Shown here in pieces: positions 58,465 to 64,000 of a stretch of 64,000 nt of DNA; the first letter of the stretch is position 1, and every line of letters starts with the position of its first letter. Under the pieces are notes generated by a model. That model made no database searches and had not been told where the DNA came from. It was given only the letters and a program-made list of their open reading frames with translations. Both the position numbers and the translations under genes were made by a program. This DNA is from an uncultured Bacteroidales bacterium (GTDB lineage: Bacteria; Bacteroidota; Bacteroidia; Bacteroidales; UBA1402), in assembly GCA_964411555.1 (NCBI GenBank), contig CAYPLF010000006.1, forward strand, positions 2,227-66,226. The letters run 5' to 3'.

Positions 58465-60771
58465 ATGTTTATGCACAATAAACCTGCCCACACCCGTAAT
58501 CACCGGGTGACCAGGCTATTCTTTTTTGTCCTTTGCTCCCTTCTGCTACCTGCCTGCAACCTGTTGAAGGCCTCAAACAACTGGTTGGAATCATACGAAC
58601 TTGAATGGAAACAACCCAGTGAACATGCCAGTCAGAGTATGCCCTGCGGAGGTGGTGATGTGGGACTCAATGTGTGGGTGGAGCAGGGAGACATTTTAAT
58701 CTACATGGCTAAAAGTGACGCCATTGACGAAACAGGATTACAGCCAAAATTAGGACGGATCAGGATTCAGTTGTCGCCCAATCCGTTTACCAATCATACT
58801 GAATTCAGTCAAGTTCTCAACCTAAACGAAGGCTGTGTGGAAATCATGGGTGAGAATTTCGGCCTTCGATCGAAAATACTGGTTTGGGTTGATGTCAAAC
58901 GACCTGTCATTAACATTGATATAGCGGGCAATCACAAATTTGATGTTTCCGTCAACTATGAAAACTGGCATCAAGACGATGTGACCTTTGTTGCCAACAC
59001 AAGCATTTTGTTTTATCATCAAAACCGAACCACTGAAACCCGTTTCGATAAGTTGGTGAGACAACAAGGGTTAAGCTCCGTAAAGGGACAACTGAACAAT
59101 CCACTCAAGCAGCTGGTATACGGAGGCTTACTTAGAGGCACCAACATGAAAACCGACACCGTAGTCAGCGGACAGTACGCGGGAACTGACTATATGGGAT
59201 TGAGGTTGACCAGCATCAAACCGGCTACACGGCATCGGTTGGAAATAATACTGCATACCCAACAGGCTGAAGTACTCGACGAATGGGATTCCGGTTTGGC
59301 TGCCACCATAAAGGATGCAACCCTAAATGCCAAAACAGCCAAAAAAGAAACCAAGGAATGGTGGGAACAGTATTGGGAAAGAGGCTACATAAACATTGGA
59401 AAGGCCAATGAAGATTCCATCTCCCAGCCATGGTTGGTTGGACGCGATTACCAGTTGTACCGCTATCTGATGGCCTGCAACGCGCATGGAAGCGTTCCCC
59501 TCAATGCCCGCGGTGGACTTTTTTCATTCGATCCAATCGCTTCAGACTCAATCAATCCACTTTCAGCGGACTACCGCAGCGAAGACGAAACCGGGTTTGC
59601 CGCACAACAACAGTTGCTCACGTACTGGCCCTTGCTGAAAAGCGGTGACGTAGACCTGTTGAATACCCAACTGGATTTCTACCTGAAAAACCTGGAAAAC
59701 GCCACCATCCGGACCAAAACCTACTGGAATCACAATGGAGCTTACTTCCCTGAACAGATGGAGGTATTTGGTCTTCCCGTGGCTTCAGCATACGGAAAAG
59801 AACGTCCTTCTGTTTACGACCCCGGGGTGGAATATAACAAGGCAAGCGCCTACCACTGGGATAACGTGTTGGCGGTTTGCCTGATGATGCTTGATGCACC
59901 TCTTTATTCTCAAGCAGACAGCATCAATTATCTACCGTTTATTATAAGCTCCCTACGTTTCTTTGATGAGCATTATCAATTTCTTTCTGAGCGCAGGACA
60001 ACCGACAAATTGGACGAAAATGGACAGCTGGTGTTGTATCCGGGCAGCTCAGGAAGCACATACAAGGTGGCAACGAATGCCAGCAGCACAGTCAGTGGGT
60101 TGAAAGCGATATTGGATCGCCTATTGGAACCGGGAAGTACACAACTCTTCTCTGAAGACCGTGACTACTTGAAGAAACTGGCAGCACGGATTCCATCCCT
60201 GACTCTCACCAAGACAGACAGCAGCACCCTTATCGCTCCGGCCAAATCATTTGAATGGACCATAGGAAGTGAGACGCCTCAACTCGCTCCTGTTTTTCCG
60301 TACCGTCAGTTCAGTATCGGAGATGCTAACCTTCAAGTAGCCCTGGACACATGGAAAAAGGCATACAACCCTTCCAGACAAAACCCGGGGTCTGATAGGT
60401 ACTTAAACCAGGTGTACGCCGCCAGGCTTGGTTTGATAAAAGAAGCCGACAGTTTGGTATTTGAGGAAACAAGCATTGATTCTTCGAACCGGTTCCCACT
60501 ATTCTGGAGTAAGGACAATGATGGAACACCCGACCTTGAACGAGCCGGATCGACAGCCATTGCCCTACAGGAAATGCTGCTTCAAACCGATGGTTCACGC
60601 ATCCTGCTCTTTCCTGCCTGGCCAAAAGACAAGGATGTAAGCTTTAAATTGAATGTCCCTCAAAACACAACGGTTGAAGGCACCTTGAAAAACGGCGAAT
60701 TGAAGGAACTGATTGTTACACCCGAAAGCAGGATCAACGATGTGGTCAACCTGCTTGAATCGCGCAATTGA
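58465..60771 (+). CDS. Putative secreted glycoside-hydrolase-like lipoprotein (N-terminus recalls the DUF5703 / GH95-like family)
   Basis: 768 aa with the lipobox LLLPAC and the N-terminal motif MPCGGGDVGLNVWVEQGDILIYMAKSDA. The family assignment is from memory. Confidence 0.55.
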   Translation: MFMHNKPAHTRNHRVTRLFFFVLCSLLLPACNLLKASNNWLESYELEWKQPSEHASQSMPCGGGDVGLNVWVEQGDILIYMAKSDAIDETGLQPKLGRIRIQLSPNPFTNHTEFSQVLNLNEGCVEIMGENFGLRSKILVWVDVKRPVINIDIAGNHKFDVSVNYENWHQDDVTFVANTSILFYHQNRTTETRFDKLVRQQGLSSVKGQLNNPLKQLVYGGLLRGTNMKTDTVVSGQYAGTDYMGLRLTSIKPATRHRLEIILHTQQAEVLDEWDSGLAATIKDATLNAKTAKKETKEWWEQYWERGYINIGKANEDSISQPWLVGRDYQLYRYLMACNAHGSVPLNARGGLFSFDPIASDSINPLSADYRSEDETGFAAQQQLLTYWPLLKSGDVDLLNTQLDFYLKNLENATIRTKTYWNHNGAYFPEQMEVFGLPVASAYGKERPSVYDPGVEYNKASAYHWDNVLAVCLMMLDAPLYSQADSINYLPFIISSLRFFDEHYQFLSERRTTDKLDENGQLVLYPGSSGSTYKVATNASSTVSGLKAILDRLLEPGSTQLFSEDRDYLKKLAARIPSLTLTKTDSSTLIAPAKSFEWTIGSETPQLAPVFPYRQFSIGDANLQVALDTWKKAYNPSRQNPGSDRYLNQVYAARLGLIKEADSLVFEETSIDSSNRFPLFWSKDNDGTPDLERAGSTAIALQEMLLQTDGSRILLFPAWPKDKDVSFKLNVPQNTTVEGTLKNGELKELIVTPESRINDVVNLLESRN

Positions 60772-60828
60772 CCACGCAGTACGAAGGCGTCCGATATGAA
60801 CCGGCACAGACCGTACGATTAATCGGGG

Positions 60829-62025
60829 TTACTTCGTCAATGCGGCAAACTTCTTTCCGTATTCCACGCAGCCTTCCAATAAGTTGTCGTCAGGCCGCCA
60901 GTTGGCTGTAACGGGCTCCATAATGATTTCAAAACCAGCTTCTTTCAGTCCATTTTGAATGGTTTTGGAAGAAACATCGTGCCAACCGTACGTGCCGAAG
61001 CTGGCTGCTTTCTTGTTCTTGAATTTCATACCGGTAATGAATTCCATCAAACCGGCTATGGTGAACAAAACTCCATTGTGTACGGTGGGCGATCCCACCA
61101 TGATGGCTTTCGATTTGAATATTTCCGTAATCAGGTCGCTCAGTTCGGTGGATGAGGCACTCAATAACTTGACATTGACCAGCGGATCGGCCAGTGTGAT
61201 ACCCTTCACCACGCTCTCGGCAATTTGTTGAGTGCCGTGATACATGGTATCGTAAATAATCGTGATTTGATTTTCCTGGTATCCGGCAGCAAAGGCTGCG
61301 TACTTTTCCAGTATCTGAGCGGGATTGTCCCTCCACACAATACCGTGACTGGTACAAATGTAATCGACGGGGAGTCCCATTTGCTTGATTTCATCCAGCT
61401 TTCTGGCCACCAAATGGCTGAACGGAGTGACGATATTGGCGTAATACTTGTAGGTTTCCGCCCATAACTCACCTTGATCGACCAAATCATTGAACAACAA
61501 TTCTGAACAATAATGCTGACCGAAGGCATCGTTGCTGAATAGGATGTTGTCACCGGTCAGGTAGCAAAACATGCTGTCCGGCCAGTGAATCATGGCAGCC
61601 TGGATAAATACCAGCTCCTTGCCGTTACCCAACTCAATCTTATCACCTGTTTTCACCGGTATCAGGTTCCAATCGTCACGGTGAAACAAGCCCTTAAGCG
61701 ATTTCAATCCGTTTTCGGTGCAGTAAACCGGAGTTCCGGGAATCCGCTCGAGCAACTCGGAAAGGGCTCCGCTATGGTCAGGTTCAGCGTGGTTGACCAC
61801 TACAAAATCAATTCGCTTCAAATCAATCTCGGTAGCCAGATTTTGAACAAATTCATGCGAGAATGGCTCGTATACCGTATCGATGAGTCCAACCTTGTCT
61901 TCTAAAATCAAGTACGAATTGTACGAGGACCCTTTGTGGGTGGTGAATTCAGATCCGTGAAATTCCCTGAGGTCCCAGTGGTTCTTACCCACCCAATATA
62001 CATTGTTTTTGATGTGCTTCTTCAT
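60829..62025 (-). CDS. FprA-family flavodiiron protein (O2/NO reductase)
   Basis: Metallo-beta-lactamase-like diiron motif VVNHAEPDHSGAL plus a C-terminal flavodoxin domain (MVGSPTVHNG). 398 aa. Confidence 0.9.
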   Translation of the reverse strand: MKKHIKNNVYWVGKNHWDLREFHGSEFTTHKGSSYNSYLILEDKVGLIDTVYEPFSHEFVQNLATEIDLKRIDFVVVNHAEPDHSGALSELLERIPGTPVYCTENGLKSLKGLFHRDDWNLIPVKTGDKIELGNGKELVFIQAAMIHWPDSMFCYLTGDNILFSNDAFGQHYCSELLFNDLVDQGELWAETYKYYANIVTPFSHLVARKLDEIKQMGLPVDYICTSHGIVWRDNPAQILEKYAAFAAGYQENQITIIYDTMYHGTQQIAESVVKGITLADPLVNVKLLSASSTELSDLITEIFKSKAIMVGSPTVHNGVLFTIAGLMEFITGMKFKNKKAASFGTYGWHDVSSKTIQNGLKEAGFEIIMEPVTANWRPDDNLLEGCVEYGKKFAALTK

Positions 62026-62069
62026 TTCCTTTCAAATTTTCATAGATGTTACCGGTACACCCACAGCTG

Positions 62070-62077
62070 CAAAAATA
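62070..62077 (-). promoter_or_regulatory. Bacteroidota -7 promoter box (TATTTTTG) for the flavodiiron gene
   Basis: The plus strand reads CAAAAATA. It lies 45 nt upstream of the ATG at 62025. Confidence 0.5.
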
Positions 62078-62154
62078 GGGAAAAATAGTGAAAGACAAAG
62101 CATCAATCTTTATTTTAACAAGTATTTTGTTGTTTTATTATACATAGCTGATTA

Positions 62155-64000
62155 TCAGGCATCATGCAAAAAAACATCGGCAACAGTAATGGGCAGACTT
62201 ACGGAAAAGATGCTTCCTTTGCCCAATTCGCTTTCCACTTGGATGGTCCCGCCCAACATATCCACATACGCTTTGGTAATGGACAAACCCAAACCGGATC
62301 CTTCATATAAGCGCTGATGGGAGGTATCCACTTGAATGAAACGTTCAAAAATGGATTGTTGCTTATCTTGAGGAATGCCAATACCTGTATCCTTCACGAC
62401 AATTTCCAACCGGTCACGGGTTACCTGACAGCGAAATTCCACAAAACCCTGATGGGTGTATTTGATGGCATTGTTCACCAAATTGGAAGCGATGGAATAG
62501 ATTTTCTCCTTATCGGAATTAATAAAAATCAACTCCGAAGGCAGGTTCCACTGCCGAATAAACAGCAGATTCTTTTCATCGGCCGATTTTTTTTGCAGCA
62601 GATACAAATTCATAAACAAATCCTGCAAGTCGAAATCGGAAAATGTTGGAGCCGTAAAGCCTGCCTCCACTTTTGAAAGGTCGATGATGTCGTTCAATGT
62701 GCTCAAGAGGCGCTCGCTACTGTTGCGAACAATTTGCAGGTATTCTTTTCGTTCATTTTCATCCACCTCAGATTCCTGAAGCAAAGACACAAAACCCAGG
62801 ATGGTATTCATGGGCGTGCGGATCTCATGGCTCATATTGGCTAAAAAGGCCGACTTGAGCCGGTCACTTTCTTCTGCTTTGTTTCGTGCATTCACCAGCT
62901 CTTGTTCGATTAGCCGTTGATGGGTCACATCTCTTGCACTACCTACAATACCGACCATATTTCCTTGTTCATCAAAAATGGGAGCCTTGCGAACATCCAG
63001 CTCCATAATATTCCCATTGATAGACACATGTTCATCTGACATATATGCATGGCGGCTGTTAATTACCATCTTGTCCGACCAATCACTTTGCGACCAGAAA
63101 TCGGGATTGGCCCTATGTTTGGTTTTTTCCGAGTAAGACTGGATAGAAAAATCCCGTATGGTTTTCCCCATTGCCTCATCGGAATTCTTTACCAACAGCA
63201 CATCTTCAACCATCACCTTGTTTGCAAACGTAAAACGCAGGTCGAGGTCTTTCGCCCACAACATATCAGGCATATTGTCGGCCAACAAACGGAAAAACGA
63301 ATACATTTCACGGTATTTACGTTCTTCTGCCCAAATCTTGTTTTGATAGTTTATGGTTTCAGTAACATCCCTGATCACTACCAATCGACAACCTTGCAGG
63401 CTTTTAGGCGATTCTTTGATGATATGGAACACCAATGGCTCTTTTGCATCCACTTTCACCATCTCCACATTACCTTCCGATAAGATTGCCTTTGCCAAAT
63501 TCATGCGGTTTGGCGCCACGCGTGTCAAATCCAAACCGATTTTCTGTTTTTTTGACAAACCCAACATCTGCATGGCCCTTTTATTGATATCCTGTACCCG
63601 ATTCAAATTATCGAGGGTAATGATTCCATCCGGTAATATTTCAACCAACAATTCGCGGGCCATCGGCAGCAAATTGTAAGAACCGGCATAGTAGAATGCT
63701 GCGGTAAACAGTCCACCGCTTGCCAGTACCAAAAATGGGAAAATTGTGTTCACCAGTTCATAAGCAACACCCGATAAATATAAAACACTGGACAATATGG
63801 GCAACAAAGCGGCGGCTAACATCACAAAACCTCTCTTTTTAAGCACATGCCGCCTACGAATGATGTATTTCCCCAATGACCAGGTAGCTACTCCTAACAT
63901 CAGGTAGCTATAAAAAACCACACCAATCCAGAACCAAAATCCTCGGTGAAAATGAATCAGTTGTCCGGGCTCCGTCAACGGATCCATACTTGTCCATATC
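62155..64000 (-). CDS. Sensor histidine kinase: multi-TM N-terminal domain, two PAS domains, HisKA, HATPase_c. Probably 5'-truncated by the window edge.
   Basis: H-box SHEIRTPMN, N-box NLVNNAIKYT, G-boxes DTGIGI and GSGLGLSI. The frame stays open from 63987 to 64000, and the N-terminal TM region looks like the distal part of a 7TM sensor domain. Confidence 0.85.
   Translation of the reverse strand, partial: IWTSMDPLTEPGQLIHFHRGFWFWIGVVFYSYLMLGVATWSLGKYIIRRRHVLKKRGFVMLAAALLPILSSVLYLSGVAYELVNTIFPFLVLASGGLFTAAFYYAGSYNLLPMARELLVEILPDGIITLDNLNRVQDINKRAMQMLGLSKKQKIGLDLTRVAPNRMNLAKAILSEGNVEMVKVDAKEPLVFHIIKESPKSLQGCRLVVIRDVTETINYQNKIWAEERKYREMYSFFRLLADNMPDMLWAKDLDLRFTFANKVMVEDVLLVKNSDEAMGKTIRDFSIQSYSEKTKHRANPDFWSQSDWSDKMVINSRHAYMSDEHVSINGNIMELDVRKAPIFDEQGNMVGIVGSARDVTHQRLIEQELVNARNKAEESDRLKSAFLANMSHEIRTPMNTILGFVSLLQESEVDENERKEYLQIVRNSSERLLSTLNDIIDLSKVEAGFTAPTFSDFDLQDLFMNLYLLQKKSADEKNLLFIRQWNLPSELIFINSDKEKIYSIASNLVNNAIKYTHQGFVEFRCQVTRDRLEIVVKDTGIGIPQDKQQSIFERFIQVDTSHQRLYEGSGLGLSITKAYVDMLGGTIQVESELGKGSIFSVSLPITVADVFLHDA

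Noticed and set aside
1-64000. CRISPR arrays, rRNA operons, integrases, prophage or conjugative modules, toxin-antitoxin or restriction-modification genes
   Set aside because: I scanned both strands and the ORF track. There are no spaced direct-repeat arrays, no rRNA-like sequence, and no recombinase, phage-structural or R-M signature motifs. The window is predominantly core chromosome.

Overview
This 64 kb window looks like core chromosome from a Bacteroidota (Bacteroidia-like) genome. Three things support that. About 19 genes are preceded by the Bacteroidota TAnnTTTG -7 promoter box, 20-85 nt upstream of the chosen start. Two giant proteins end in type IX secretion (T9SS) C-terminal sorting domains. 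TonB-dependent receptors and lipoproteins are frequent, and Shine-Dalgarno sites are absent.

Most genes are housekeeping:
- smpB, the serC-serA-DUF1015 operon, rarA and dnaG
- an ABC-2 exporter pair, then rsfS-ftsH-cdsA
- an ECF sigma module, mazG and valS
- a carA-carB-glmS-purF glutamine-amidotransferase block
- a ROK kinase, cysK, rsmE, ftsK-lolA-trxB and rplU-rpmA
- a flavodiiron protein and a PAS histidine kinase that runs off the right edge

There is one tRNA, Glu with anticodon CUC. I found no rRNA, no CRISPR array, no intact mobile element and no recognisable defence island.

I did not find a clear multi-gene novel system. The observations most worth follow-up are:
1. A G7 homopolymer that frameshifts a ~1490-codon secreted LTD/CotH-kinase/beta-helix T9SS gene.
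2. A 34-nt perfect palindrome plus a 24-nt tandem duplication lying in frame inside a TonB-dependent receptor gene. The same 11-mer arms form an intergenic terminator 24 kb away.
3. A low-GC transmembrane Cache+PAS sensor with no output domain.
4. An unlisted 59-codon winged-helix ORF that overlaps the receptor start by ATGA.
5. A promoter, GNRA hairpin and T-run unit in the rsmE leader, which could be a small RNA or an attenuator.
6. The conserved but uncharacterised DUF5063 / 3'-5' exonuclease pair.

Many ORF-track starts are upstream extensions or TTG/GTG codons. I trimmed them to the ATG that removes overlaps and sits behind a -7 box.
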